This document shows positions 8,471 through 17,867 of a stretch of 64,000 nt of DNA, piece after piece. The first letter of the stretch is position 1; every line of letters starts with the position of its first letter. The translations under genes and the position numbers were made by a program. The stretch is taken from assembly GCA_913052565.1 (NCBI GenBank), contig CAJXFH010000002.1, positions 39,324 to 103,323 of the forward strand. The letters run 5' to 3'. Origin of the DNA: an uncultured Gammaproteobacteria bacterium. Lineage in GTDB: Bacteria > Pseudomonadota > Gammaproteobacteria > Magnimaribacterales > TMED112. Under the pieces are notes generated by a model. The model saw only the letters and a list, made by a program, of their open reading frames with translations. It was not told where the DNA came from and did no database searches.

Positions 8471-9796
8471 ATGCCAAAAAAACTTTTTGTAAAAACCCAT
8501 GGTTGCCAGATGAATGAATATGATTCTGCGAAAATGATTGATTTGTTAAAGGCAGAGGAAGATTTCGAAATGGCAGAATCTGAAGACCAAGCCGACCTAC
8601 TTATTTTAAATACTTGCTCTATAAGAGAAAAAGCACAGGAAAGAGTTTTTCATCAAATTGGTAGATGGAGAAAAATAAAAGATAAAAACCCCAACTTAAA
8701 GATAGCTATAGGTGGTTGTGTTGCTTCACAAGAAGGTGAAAAAATCGTAAAGAGAGCACCAGCTGTTGATATTGTTTTTGGTCCTCAATCGCTCCATAAA
8801 CTACCTAGCCTTTACAACGAAAAAGAAAAAACAAAAAAATCACAAGTTGATATATCTTTTCCTAAGCTTGAAAAATTCGATCATATACCAGATCCAGAAA
8901 AAGGGCAGCCGTCCTCATTTGTTTCAATTGTTGAGGGCTGCAATAAGTATTGTTCGTTTTGTGTGGTTCCTAAAACACGGGGCCATGAAGTATCGAGAAC
9001 TGTAGAGGATATCTTGCATGAAGTCACTATTCTTGCAGAGAAAGGAACAAAGGAAATACATTTCTTGGGTCAGAATGTAAATAATTTTAAGGGATTGTAC
9101 AAAGGAGAGAAATCTTCACTCGCTAAATTAATAGAATTAACAGCAAAAATAGAAAACATCGAACGTATACGGTTTACAACTAGCCATCCACATGAATTCA
9201 AAGATGATCTTGTCGAAGCATATGCAAAAGTACCTCAGCTTGTAAGTCATGTTCATTTACCTGTCCAGAGCGGTTCAGACAGAATACTCAAGTTAATGAG
9301 AAGAAGATACACTGCAGAAAAATATTTAATGCTCATTGATAAGCTAAAAAAGGTAAGGCCTGATATGAGATTCTCATCAGATTTTATAATTGGTTTTCCA
9401 GGCGAAACAAGACAAGACTTCAAAGATACAATGAACATAATTAATGCGGTCAAGTTTGATGAGTCATATAGTTTTATATACAGCGCGAGGCCTGATACTC
9501 CTGCTGCAAACATGCAAGACGATGTCTCGCAAGAAGAAAAAAAGGAAAGGCTTGAAATACTTCAAAACAGACTGAATCAATTAGCATATGGGTATAGCAG
9601 AAAAATGGTAGGAACAAATCAAAAATGTCTTGTAATGGGTGTCTCAAAGAGAGATCCTGGACAACTACAAGCTCGAACTATATGTGACAGAGTTGTAAAT
9701 TTTAGGTCAGATAGTATTGATTTAGTTGGACAATTGATTAATATTCGAATTAATGATGCACTGCCAAATTCACTCAGAGGAACGCTTCAAAATTAA
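8471..9796 (+). CDS. miaB: tRNA-2-methylthio-N6-dimethylallyladenosine synthase
   Basis: 441 aa. The radical-SAM motif is CNKYCSFC, the N-terminal Cys triad domain is present, and there is a TRAM-like C-terminus. It sits in miaB-ybeZ-ybeY-corC-lnt synteny. Confidence 0.92.
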   Translation: MPKKLFVKTHGCQMNEYDSAKMIDLLKAEEDFEMAESEDQADLLILNTCSIREKAQERVFHQIGRWRKIKDKNPNLKIAIGGCVASQEGEKIVKRAPAVDIVFGPQSLHKLPSLYNEKEKTKKSQVDISFPKLEKFDHIPDPEKGQPSSFVSIVEGCNKYCSFCVVPKTRGHEVSRTVEDILHEVTILAEKGTKEIHFLGQNVNNFKGLYKGEKSSLAKLIELTAKIENIERIRFTTSHPHEFKDDLVEAYAKVPQLVSHVHLPVQSGSDRILKLMRRRYTAEKYLMLIDKLKKVRPDMRFSSDFIIGFPGETRQDFKDTMNIINAVKFDESYSFIYSARPDTPAANMQDDVSQEEKKERLEILQNRLNQLAYGYSRKMVGTNQKCLVMGVSKRDPGQLQARTICDRVVNFRSDSIDLVGQLINIRINDALPNSLRGTLQN

Positions 9797-9801
9797 TAAT
9801 C

Positions 9802-10746
9802 TTGTATAACCATCAGCTAAATTTTTCAAACTTACCGCCTGAGCAATTAATGTTGTTGTGTGGTGAGCTCAATAAAAATTTGAAACAGATTGAGAAAGCC
9901 CTAAAAATAAAAGTTAAGCAAAATGGTACAGAATTTAATATTACCGGGACACAGTCAGATGTTGAATTAGGTGTTACAGCTCTGTGCGATTTAAAGCAAA
10001 AATTAGAAACAAATTCTGTAATAACACCAGATATAGTTCACTTGAGTTTACATACAGCTAAATTTGCTGATGGAGATAAAAATGAAAACAATAAAGTGCA
10101 CATCAAGACACCCAGGGTGTCTGTAACAGCGCGAGGGAAAAATCAGAATGAATATTTATCACATATCAGAAATTCAGATTTAACCTTTGGAGTTGGGCCA
10201 TCTGGTACTGGTAAAACATTTCTAGCAGTTGCATGTGCAGTAGATGATTTAATTAAAGAAAAGATTAGAAAAATTGTCCTTGTTAGACCAGCTGTAGAAG
10301 CAGGTGAAAAATTGGGCTTTTTACCCGGAGACTTGAGTTCCAAAATAGATCCTTACCTGAGACCTTTATATGATGCTCTGCATGACATGCTAGGAGCGGA
10401 ACGAGTAAACCGTTTAGTAGAGAGGGATATTATTGAAATTGCACCTCTTGCTTACATGAGAGGAAGAACCCTGAGAGAGGCATTCATAATAATGGATGAA
10501 GGACAGAATACCACCATTGAACAAATGAAGATGTTCCTTACACGATTAGGTTTTGGATCTAAAGCAGTTGTAAATGGAGATTTAAGTCAAATAGACCTGC
10601 CTAAAAGCACTACATCTGGGTTAAAACATGCAATAGAAGTTTTGAAAAACGTTGAATCAATAAAATTTACTAAATTTACTGCAAGAGACGTAGTAAGACA
10701 CTCATTAGTGCAAGATATTGTAGAAGCATATGATAATTACGAATGA
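9802..10746 (+). CDS. ybeZ: PhoH-like ATPase YbeZ
   Basis: 314 aa. It has a Walker A motif (GPSGTGKT) and DEGQN. A TTG start is predicted; an alternative downstream ATG is possible. Confidence 0.88.
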   Translation: MYNHQLNFSNLPPEQLMLLCGELNKNLKQIEKALKIKVKQNGTEFNITGTQSDVELGVTALCDLKQKLETNSVITPDIVHLSLHTAKFADGDKNENNKVHIKTPRVSVTARGKNQNEYLSHIRNSDLTFGVGPSGTGKTFLAVACAVDDLIKEKIRKIVLVRPAVEAGEKLGFLPGDLSSKIDPYLRPLYDALHDMLGAERVNRLVERDIIEIAPLAYMRGRTLREAFIIMDEGQNTTIEQMKMFLTRLGFGSKAVVNGDLSQIDLPKSTTSGLKHAIEVLKNVESIKFTKFTARDVVRHSLVQDIVEAYDNYE

Positions 10747-11194
10747 GAAGCTAAATATAAAAATTTATAACCCACCAGATTTCGTTAAGACCTTTGAAAA
10801 AAATTTAGAAAAAATTATTCATCAATTCCAAATAGAGTTTGATGTTAAAAAGATTGATGTAGAAATAAGTTTTATAGATGAAAAAGATATTGAAAAAATT
10901 AACAAAAAATTTAGAGGAAAAGAATCAGCAACTAATGTTTTGTCTTTTCCAGACGAAGAGAATAATGAAATAAGCAATATCTGTGTTGGCGAAATGCTTA
11001 TCTGTGAAAAAGTTTTACTTCAAGAAGCGCAAGAGAGCGGGAAAAAACCTATCAATCACTTTTTGCATCTGCTAATACATTCGTTTTTGCATATTATGGG
11101 TTTTGGGCATGAGATTGAAAATGATGCTATATTAATGGAAAGAAAAGAAATTGAATTTTTATCTAAAATTGGAATATCTGACCCGTATAAATAA
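10730..11194 (+). CDS. ybeY: rRNA maturation endoribonuclease YbeY
   Basis: 154 aa with the zinc motif HLLIHSFLHIMGFGH. Confidence 0.9.
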   Translation: MIITNEKLNIKIYNPPDFVKTFEKNLEKIIHQFQIEFDVKKIDVEISFIDEKDIEKINKKFRGKESATNVLSFPDEENNEISNICVGEMLICEKVLLQEAQESGKKPINHFLHLLIHSFLHIMGFGHEIENDAILMERKEIEFLSKIGISDPYK

Positions 11195-11988
11195 TGACTG
11201 AAGAGCCCTCGTTATCTATTTTTTCAAAATTAAAAAACTTATTTTTTGGTTCAAAGAATTTAACTAATTCAGTTAAAAATATTCAACCAGACGATGAGAG
11301 AATTGAAGAACTAATCGAGAACGTCTTAAACATACAAGACTCAATTGTTAAAGAAATAATGATCCCAAAAGTTAATATTTCATCAATAAATGAAAATAAT
11401 TCTTTGTCAGAAATATATGAGATAGTAAATAATACCAAGCACTCAAGATATCCAGTATTTGCTCAAGACGCAGAAAAAGTTGTTGGGATACTGCATGTAA
11501 AAGATCTTCTTGGAGTTGAGAATAACGGAGAGTTCTCAATTCAGGATATTTTAAGAGAAGTAAAGCATATCCCAGAGTCACAATCTGTCACTTCATTACT
11601 TGAAGATTTTAAAAAGGATCGTGTTCATTTAGCAATAGTGCTTGATGAGTACAGTACTATTGCTGGCTTAATAACAATTGAAGACATACTGGAAGAGATA
11701 GTTGGTGAAATAGAAGATGAATTCTATGAAGAAAAGAATAATGAGATCATAAAAATTAATGAAGAGGAATTTATTGTCTCTTCAACCATCGAAAAAGAAA
11801 AATTTGAAGAATTTTTTGATCATCAACTGAATTGCCCTGAAGTTGAAAGCTTGGGGGGCTTTGTATTAAAAGAAGTTGGACACTTGCCTAAAGTTGGAGA
11901 AAAAGTTTCAACAGGAAAGCTTGAACTTACAGTAACATCTGCAGACCAACGAAAAATAAAAAAAATTACCGTAAGAAAAATTGACTAA
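11194..11988 (+). CDS. corC: CBS-pair / CorC_HlyC domain magnesium-cobalt efflux-associated protein
   Basis: 264 aa. It has a CBS pair followed by the transporter-associated C-terminal domain, in the conserved position before lnt. Confidence 0.85.
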   Translation: MTEEPSLSIFSKLKNLFFGSKNLTNSVKNIQPDDERIEELIENVLNIQDSIVKEIMIPKVNISSINENNSLSEIYEIVNNTKHSRYPVFAQDAEKVVGILHVKDLLGVENNGEFSIQDILREVKHIPESQSVTSLLEDFKKDRVHLAIVLDEYSTIAGLITIEDILEEIVGEIEDEFYEEKNNEIIKINEEEFIVSSTIEKEKFEEFFDHQLNCPEVESLGGFVLKEVGHLPKVGEKVSTGKLELTVTSADQRKIKKITVRKID

Positions 11989-13198
11989 AGTATTTATTTT
12001 AGGATGGGCTTTAGCTGCAATTTTTTGGGCCTACTCAATATCTTGGATTTTTGACGCCGTAAACTACTATGGTGCAGGTACAGCTTTAAGCTTAACTATT
12101 AGTTTTTTGCTTGTTGGTTACGTTTCTATTTATTTTGGACTATTTTTGGTGGCGTTGAAATTTTTTAGAAACTCAAATTATAGGCCCTTTATATTTGCAA
12201 GCACATTTTTCATTTTAGAGTGGTTCAGATCATGGGTAATCACTGGCTTCCCTTGGCTAAATCTTGGTATGTTAAGTGAATATCTATGGGGTGCACTTCC
12301 AATGATAGGTGTTTCAGGAACATCATTTCTTATAGTATTAATTATTTCATTATTATTTGAGAACAAACACACACTTCTAAATAGAGGCGCAGCAGGATTA
12401 ATTTTAGTATTTTTATTGTTTGGCCCAGGCCACTACCAAAAAAGCGGTCAAGACACTTTAGATTTAACAATTATTCAGCCTTTAGACACTAATTTAAGTC
12501 AGATTATAAAAATGACAAATGACGCAGAATCTAACTTGGTAATTTGGCCTGAAGCTGTTGCTTCCTATGATCAAAATTTATTAGCAAAAATTAATAATAA
12601 GAATGTAATAGGCGGTTTTTTTCGTAAACAAGGAAAAGATTTCTATACCTCTGCCATCAACCTAGAAACAGGACACTATTTTGATAAAGAAAATTTAGTT
12701 CCCTTTGGAGAATTTCAGCCACTTGGTAATATGCTTAGTTCTTTTAATAAATTCTTCAATATTCCAAATTCAAATTTAAAAGTAGGAAATTCAATTCAAG
12801 ATAAAGCAGATTGGTCTGCTTTGATTTGTTGGGAGCTTGTATTCAACGACACCTTTACAAAAAGAGTTAAAGGGTCTGGTTATATTATTCACATGAGCAA
12901 TGATAAGTGGTATGGCGAAAGTATGCCAAGACAACACTTAAAACATGCAAAAGCCAGAGCAGTCGAATCCAATAAGTGGGTTGTAAGGTCTACATTAGAT
13001 GGTATTTCACAATTTATTAGCCCAAGAAGTGAAGAATCATCCGCTAAGCTTGAAAGAGGAGTTCAGGGCTCAATAACAAAAACAATTTATCTGAATTATA
13101 TAGATACTGCTTACGTCAAATATGGTGACTTGCCCTTATTAATAATATCATTCGTTTTCTTACTGATTGGATTAAAAAATAGAAGAAATGAAAAATAA
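11981..13198 (+). CDS. lnt: apolipoprotein N-acyltransferase (short form)
   Basis: 405 aa. It has N-terminal TM helices, a CN-hydrolase domain (WPE.., catalytic Cys context LICWELVF) and a terminal TM. The start is TTG. Confidence 0.8.
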   Translation: MTKVFILGWALAAIFWAYSISWIFDAVNYYGAGTALSLTISFLLVGYVSIYFGLFLVALKFFRNSNYRPFIFASTFFILEWFRSWVITGFPWLNLGMLSEYLWGALPMIGVSGTSFLIVLIISLLFENKHTLLNRGAAGLILVFLLFGPGHYQKSGQDTLDLTIIQPLDTNLSQIIKMTNDAESNLVIWPEAVASYDQNLLAKINNKNVIGGFFRKQGKDFYTSAINLETGHYFDKENLVPFGEFQPLGNMLSSFNKFFNIPNSNLKVGNSIQDKADWSALICWELVFNDTFTKRVKGSGYIIHMSNDKWYGESMPRQHLKHAKARAVESNKWVVRSTLDGISQFISPRSEESSAKLERGVQGSITKTIYLNYIDTAYVKYGDLPLLIISFVFLLIGLKNRRNEK

Positions 13199-13715
13199 GC
13201 TTTTAATTTTAATTCTTTTAACGCAATCTTTAATGGGTATGGAAATAAGTATCTCAATTGAAAATCAAACACTATCTTTAATTGAAAATTCAAAAACTAT
13301 TAAAATCTATAAAATTTCTTCATCGAAATATGGAGAAGGGTCGGAAGCAAACTCTTTTAAAACTCCTCTTGGTTTACATGAAATAAAGGAACTAATAGGT
13401 GCTGATGAAGCACTAGGTACAAGATTCATAGGAAGAGTGCCATCAGAAATTTACCCAATATATTCATCTGAGAAAATCAAAGTGGATGATGACGTAGTTC
13501 AGTCGAGAATTATGTGGCTTGATGGTCTTGAACAAGGAATCAATAAAGGCGAAGGAATAGACTCTTATAGCCGGTATATTTACATACATGGAACCCCTGA
13601 GGAGTGGTTATTAGGCAAAAAGGGCTCGAAAGGCTGTATTAGAATGGCCAATAAGGATGTTATAGAACTCTTTGATTATGTGCAAAAAGGCACTTTAGTT
13701 AGAATTAATAAATAG
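13188..13715 (+). CDS. L,D-transpeptidase (YkuD domain) with signal peptide
   Basis: 175 aa with the catalytic motif IHGTPEEWLLGKKGSKGCIRM (H..G.S.GC.R). Confidence 0.8.
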   Translation: MKNKLLILILLTQSLMGMEISISIENQTLSLIENSKTIKIYKISSSKYGEGSEANSFKTPLGLHEIKELIGADEALGTRFIGRVPSEIYPIYSSEKIKVDDDVVQSRIMWLDGLEQGINKGEGIDSYSRYIYIHGTPEEWLLGKKGSKGCIRMANKDVIELFDYVQKGTLVRINK

Positions 13716-13757
13716 CAATTATCTTTTAAAATAACCATTATTTATTCATAAAAAGTA

Positions 13758-13785
13758 TTGATATTATAAAATAAATATTTATTAT
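13758..13785 (+). promoter_or_regulatory. candidate sigma70 promoter (TTGATA - 16 bp - TATTAT)
   Basis: Each hexamer matches consensus at 5 of 6 positions. The predicted start is ~13792, immediately before the first hairpin. Such hexamers are common in AT-rich DNA, so support is weak. Confidence 0.3.
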
Positions 13786-13795
13786 ATATCTTTTA

Positions 13796-13848
13796 GTCAG
13801 TCTCTCCTCTCCCCCACGACTGACAAGCTAGGGGCTTCGGCCCCAAGC
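13796..13848 (+). ncRNA. unclassified GC-rich two-hairpin RNA element (leader or small RNA candidate)
   Basis: Hairpin 1 pairs GTCAGTC (13796-13802) with GACTGAC (13818-13824) around a 15-nt C/U-rich loop, TCTCCTCTCCCCCAC. Hairpin 2 is GCTAGGGGC-TTCG-GCCCCAAGC (13827-13848), closed by a UUCG tetraloop. It lies in an otherwise ~80% AT gap. Confidence 0.45.
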
Positions 13849-13862
13849 ATTTAAGAGAAATT

Positions 13863-13946
13863 ATGGATAAATTTGCAGACAACATAGAACTAGTAATACT
13901 TTTCACAATATTTGCAGTATTGTTGTTAGGAATTTCCAGTGTCTAG
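13863..13946 (+). CDS. 27-aa hydrophobic micro-protein candidate (single TM)
   Basis: Manual translation gives MDKFADNIELVILFTIFAVLLLGISSV. It starts 15 nt after hairpin 2 and ends 18 nt before the gpx start. No family is recognised. The evidence is coding potential only. Confidence 0.3.
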   Translation: MDKFADNIELVILFTIFAVLLLGISSV

Positions 13947-13964
13947 CTGTTAAAATCACACCCT

Positions 13965-14498
13965 ATGTTTAAAAAAGCCCTTATCACATTAGTTGCTTTC
14001 ATTAGTTTTGAGGCATTAAGTTGTAGCGATCTATTAAATACAGACGTCAAGGTACTTAATGAGAAAGAGTATAGAAACTTATGCGAATATAAGGACAAAA
14101 CAATACTTGTCGTAAATACAGCAAGTAAATGTGGCTTCACATATCAATATGAGCAATTAGAATCACTCCAAAGAAGATTTAAGGATCAAGGCTTTGTTGT
14201 GCTTGGATTCCCATCTAGAAATTTTATGGGTCAAGAATACAGTGATGAGGCTAAAGTAAGCGAGTTTTGTAAAGCAAAATTTGATGTAACTTTTCCATTG
14301 TTTTCAATAGCAAATGTTAGTGCTACAACAAAACACCCATTTTTTAAAAAACTATTCAAGAAGACATATGCCAGACCAGCATGGAACTTTCATAAATATT
14401 TAATTACACCGAATGGAGAAATAAAAAGCTTTTCTCATAGAATGGATCCAGAAGATCCAGAAATCCTTGCTGCAATTCAAGATTCAATTAATCTATAA
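13965..14498 (+). CDS. glutathione peroxidase family protein (Cys-type, signal peptide)
   Basis: 177 aa with the active-site context VNTASKCGFT and a WNF motif. Confidence 0.88.
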   Translation: MFKKALITLVAFISFEALSCSDLLNTDVKVLNEKEYRNLCEYKDKTILVVNTASKCGFTYQYEQLESLQRRFKDQGFVVLGFPSRNFMGQEYSDEAKVSEFCKAKFDVTFPLFSIANVSATTKHPFFKKLFKKTYARPAWNFHKYLITPNGEIKSFSHRMDPEDPEILAAIQDSINL

Positions 14499-15136
14499 CC
14501 ACTATCTTGCCCAACAATTACTATGTTTGGCCTGTCAACGGCAAATATACCCACGTCAATAACACCTTTAATGCTTAGTATATCGGCTTCTAGCGCATCA
14601 GGATTATTAATAACTAAGTGATGTAAGTCGATAATAGTATTATTAAGATCGCTTTTATATTCTCTAACTGTGATTTTATTTGTTAGGTTTTTAAGACTTT
14701 CTATAATTTGTGTTTTGTGGCTATCTTGTATTTCAATAGGCAAAGGAAATTCTCCTAGATCAGAAACGATTTTTGTTTCGTCAACAATGCAAATAAATTT
14801 CTTAGCCTTTTTAGCTATTCTTTTTTCACTAGTGTGTGCTCCACCCCCACCCTTAATAAGTGCTAGTGTTTTATCTACTTCATCTGCGCCATCAATATAG
14901 AAATCTACAATAGAATCTTCACCTAGCTCTTTAACCACAAAACCCAATTCATTCAAAAGATTGGTCGTTCTAATTGAGCTTGAATAAATATCTGATAATG
15001 AATTTTTTATATTTGGTAAGAACTCTTTAGTAAAAAAGTCTGTTGTGCTTCCTGTTCCAATGCCAATATTAAAGGGGCCAGGAACATTTGATAATATTTC
15101 AAAAGCTCCCAAAGCAGAATTATATTTCTGATTCAT
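14477..15136 (-). CDS. rpiA: ribose-5-phosphate isomerase A
   Basis: 219 aa with GIGTGST, DGADEVD and KGGGGA motifs, the same length as E. coli RpiA. It converges on gpx with a 22-nt overlap. Confidence 0.92.
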   Translation of the reverse strand: MNQKYNSALGAFEILSNVPGPFNIGIGTGSTTDFFTKEFLPNIKNSLSDIYSSSIRTTNLLNELGFVVKELGEDSIVDFYIDGADEVDKTLALIKGGGGAHTSEKRIAKKAKKFICIVDETKIVSDLGEFPLPIEIQDSHKTQIIESLKNLTNKITVREYKSDLNNTIIDLHHLVINNPDALEADILSIKGVIDVGIFAVDRPNIVIVGQDSGYRLIES

Positions 15137-15674
15137 AAATTTGGCTGTCTGTTACAATCTTATCTAATCTTACATCAAAGTCTTCTTGAAAATTATCTTC
15201 TATTAGCTGAAATTCATATCCTATTCCAATTAGGCTTGGTCGATTCTGTTTTTTTGTAAGTTTAAAGAAAGTTTTATCATAAAACCCCTTTCCAAAACCA
15301 ATTCGAAAAAGCGCTACATTAAAAGCTAGCAGGGGAATAAGAATAATATCAAGATTTCCAGTATTTATTTTTTTTGAGTCTCTTGGCTCATTAATGCCAA
15401 ATCTATTTTTTATATAAACACCATTATCTTCGTAAAAATTAAGATGATCATTTGTAATTTTTGGTAAGAAATATTTTTTATTTATATCTATATGAATATG
15501 AGGTTCGTTTTTAAAAGACTGATAGCATCCAATAGTTTTAGCTTCGTGGTATTCACTAACTAATCGAAGGTTATGATTTATTTTTTTTGATAGCTCTAAT
15601 ACCTGACCAATATCTAAGCTTTCACGTTTTTTAAGTAGATCTGATCTATAAAATAATTTAGACATCTGAATCAT
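15120..15674 (-). CDS. ygfA: 5-formyltetrahydrofolate cyclo-ligase
   Basis: 184 aa. It lies downstream of 6S RNA as in E. coli ssrS-ygfA, and it has a family-like GFGKGFYD motif. Confidence 0.8.
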   Translation of the reverse strand: MIQMSKLFYRSDLLKKRESLDIGQVLELSKKINHNLRLVSEYHEAKTIGCYQSFKNEPHIHIDINKKYFLPKITNDHLNFYEDNGVYIKNRFGINEPRDSKKINTGNLDIILIPLLAFNVALFRIGFGKGFYDKTFFKLTKKQNRPSLIGIGYEFQLIEDNFQEDFDVRLDKIVTDSQIYESEI

Positions 15675-15830
15675 TGTTTCCAGTCACCCTGAACCCAAAG
15701 GTCAGGTGGGCAACTCTTTTACCTAGTAAGGCCTCCTTGTTTAAGTAACGCACAGCTAAATAAAATCTGTTTCCCTTAATTTACATTATCGGTTCTAGAG
15801 TAAATTCCGAAAACCGATGATTCAGACAAT
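15662..15830 (-). ncRNA. ssrS: 6S RNA
   Basis: It lies between zapA and ygfA, exactly as in E. coli. The minus-strand 5' AUUGUCUGAAUCAUCGGUUUUC pairs with the 3' GGAAACAAUGAUUCAGAU to form the closing stem. The internal CACCUGACCUUUGGGUUCAGGGUGACUGG matches E. coli CACCUUGAACCAAGGGUUCAAGGGUUACAGCC. The 3' end overlaps the ygfA start codon. The ends are approximate. Confidence 0.8.
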
Positions 15831-15863
15831 TTAAATATATAACTATTTTCGATATTTTTGGAG

Positions 15864-16148
15864 TTATTGGTTAAGAAATATTTCTATTTTATTTATTAGA
15901 TCAGCAATATCCTGTGAAGATTCATTACTATCCTCTTCTGTCTTAGTTTTCAGTTTCTCATTCTCTATTGCTAATTGAAGAGCAGAATAAACGATAGCAT
16001 CATCAAGTTGTTCATTTGTGTGATCAATTTGTTCGATCAGGCCCAGTATTTTTTTCTCTGCTTTTTTAAAAGGCACATAATCACTGTAAGGAATCATAAA
16101 AGAAAATTTCCTGTCATTTAAGAACAGCTCAACTCTTTGTTCATTCAT
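15864..16148 (-). CDS. zapA: cell division protein ZapA
   Basis: 94 aa with a coiled-coil C-terminus. It resembles E. coli ZapA in its central region and lies in synteny with ssrS. Confidence 0.75.
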   Translation of the reverse strand: MNEQRVELFLNDRKFSFMIPYSDYVPFKKAEKKILGLIEQIDHTNEQLDDAIVYSALQLAIENEKLKTKTEEDSNESSQDIADLINKIEIFLNQ

Positions 16149-16882
16149 CCCAGTGATTTCCCTCCATCCACATTAATATTTCTACCAGTCATATAAGTGT
16201 TCTTATTAATAAGATAATCAATTATTGAGACTATATCTTTTTCACATCCAATCCGTTTCATAGGTATGCTTTCAATTATTTTATTTTTTTTCTCATCCGA
16301 TGGTTCATTTACATCCCATAAAATAGCTCCCGGACCAACTGAATTTACTAAAACATTTGGAGCTAACTCTTTCGCTAATGATTTTGTAAAGTTAAGTAGG
16401 CCAGCTTTTGCAGCAGTATAAATTGAATACTCTTTAAGCCCTTGTTCTGCATGTATATCAGTTAAGTTAACTATATGGCCATTATTTTTTACAAGTTCTT
16501 CTGAACATATTTTGGAAATAAATATCGGCTGATATAAATTAGAAGATGTGAGTTTAGTCCAATCTTCGTCAGTGCTTTCTGACAATTTTTTTGGATAAAA
16601 AGTAGATGCATTATTGATAAGGGCCTTCAGTCCATTAATCTTCTCTTCAAGTTTTTTATAGAACTCTGCTGAAGAATTTTTATCATCAAAGTCAGCTTGC
16701 AAGGTTTCACATGAATTTGCTCTGATGGAATTGAGATGCTTGCTTATTTCGTCAGCCGAAGCCTTAGATGATCTGTATTGAAAAATTATGTCCCAACCCT
16801 GTTCATGAAAGTGATTAACTAAAGCCTTACCAATTCTTTGAGCACCGCCTGTAATGAGTATTTTTCTATTCATGGTTTTCAA
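16145..16882 (-). CDS. SDR oxidoreductase, pteridine reductase / FolM-like
   Basis: 245 aa with [14 protein letters not shown] and Y..AK (YTAAKAG). It aligns along its length with E. coli FolM by eye. Confidence 0.6.
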   Translation of the reverse strand: MKTMNRKILITGGAQRIGKALVNHFHEQGWDIIFQYRSSKASADEISKHLNSIRANSCETLQADFDDKNSSAEFYKKLEEKINGLKALINNASTFYPKKLSESTDEDWTKLTSSNLYQPIFISKICSEELVKNNGHIVNLTDIHAEQGLKEYSIYTAAKAGLLNFTKSLAKELAPNVLVNSVGPGAILWDVNEPSDEKKNKIIESIPMKRIGCEKDIVSIIDYLINKNTYMTGRNINVDGGKSLG

Positions 16883-17867
16883 TAATAGTTTTTAGTTTAT
16901 TTATTTTAACAGTTTCAATATTTTCAGAAATTTGTTCTGCAAGTGCTCCAAAATTTAATTGTGTATATTCATTTATTATAGATGAACAATAATTTTTGAT
17001 TTCCGGGAAAAAAACCAATATCTCAGAAACAAATTTATTGTTATTTTGAGAAAAATTTTTAAAAAATTTAAGCTTATAATTAATATCCTCATTTATATCA
17101 AATTCTGAAAATTGCTTCCAAAAAACAAGTCTTTTTGCAATTGACTCTGAGCTATTAAGTTTTTCTCCAAATTTAAAATTATTTAATTCTGATATTTGAC
17201 ACCATGCAATTTCTAGATTTTGGTCGAGCTCCTCTGGTAGAGCTTTTAAAGTATCAAACCATGGGCTACTTAAACCATGCTCGATAATAACTGTTAGATA
17301 TCGAATTAGATTGTATTTGCTAGCTTTTATTGTTTCTTCCCAAACTCTTTCACGCGACAAATCTTTTAATTCATCTCCATCAGATATTTTTTTCAATGCC
17401 TTTTTAGTATCATCATGAATTTTAAAGTCATCGAGTTGTGCAGAGAATCTTGCTATTCTTAATGCTCTTAAAGGATCTTCATAGAAAGCATCTGAAACGT
17501 GTTTCAAAGTTTTATTTTTTAGATCAGCTTGACCGTTAAATGGATCTATTATTTTCCCATCTTCGTCTTCAGCTATTGCATTAATTGTTAAATCTCTTCG
17601 CATTAGGTCTTCTTCAAGCGTTATATCCGGTGTAAATAAAAAATCAAAGCCTTTGTACCCTTTTCCAGATTTCCTTTCAGTTCTAGCAAGTGCGTATTCT
17701 TCGTTTGTGATTGGGTGCAAAAAAACAGGAAAATTCTTTCCAACTTTCTTAAAACCTTTAGACAACATTTCTTCGACTGTTGAACCAATTACAACCCAGT
17801 CCTTATCCTTGCTATCAATCCCTAGCAATGAGTCTCTAACAGCACCACCAACTTTATAAATTTTCAT
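16866..17867 (-). CDS. cca: tRNA nucleotidyltransferase (CCA-adding), short form without recognisable HD domain
   Basis: 333 aa. [28 protein letters not shown] closely matches the E. coli Cca N-terminus. The C-terminal third shows no H..HD.GK motif. Confidence 0.85.
   Translation of the reverse strand: MKIYKVGGAVRDSLLGIDSKDKDWVVIGSTVEEMLSKGFKKVGKNFPVFLHPITNEEYALARTERKSGKGYKGFDFLFTPDITLEEDLMRRDLTINAIAEDEDGKIIDPFNGQADLKNKTLKHVSDAFYEDPLRALRIARFSAQLDDFKIHDDTKKALKKISDGDELKDLSRERVWEETIKASKYNLIRYLTVIIEHGLSSPWFDTLKALPEELDQNLEIAWCQISELNNFKFGEKLNSSESIAKRLVFWKQFSEFDINEDINYKLKFFKNFSQNNNKFVSEILVFFPEIKNYCSSIINEYTQLNFGALAEQISENIETVKINKLKTIIENHE

Noticed and set aside
13796-13848. Reading the two GC-rich hairpins simply as the terminator of the L,D-transpeptidase gene
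   Set aside because: This is not fully excluded. However, the element lies 80 nt past the stop, is preceded by a promoter-like pair, lacks a proper U tract (AUUUAAG), and the first hairpin has a large, non-terminator-like C/U loop. I keep it as a finding instead.
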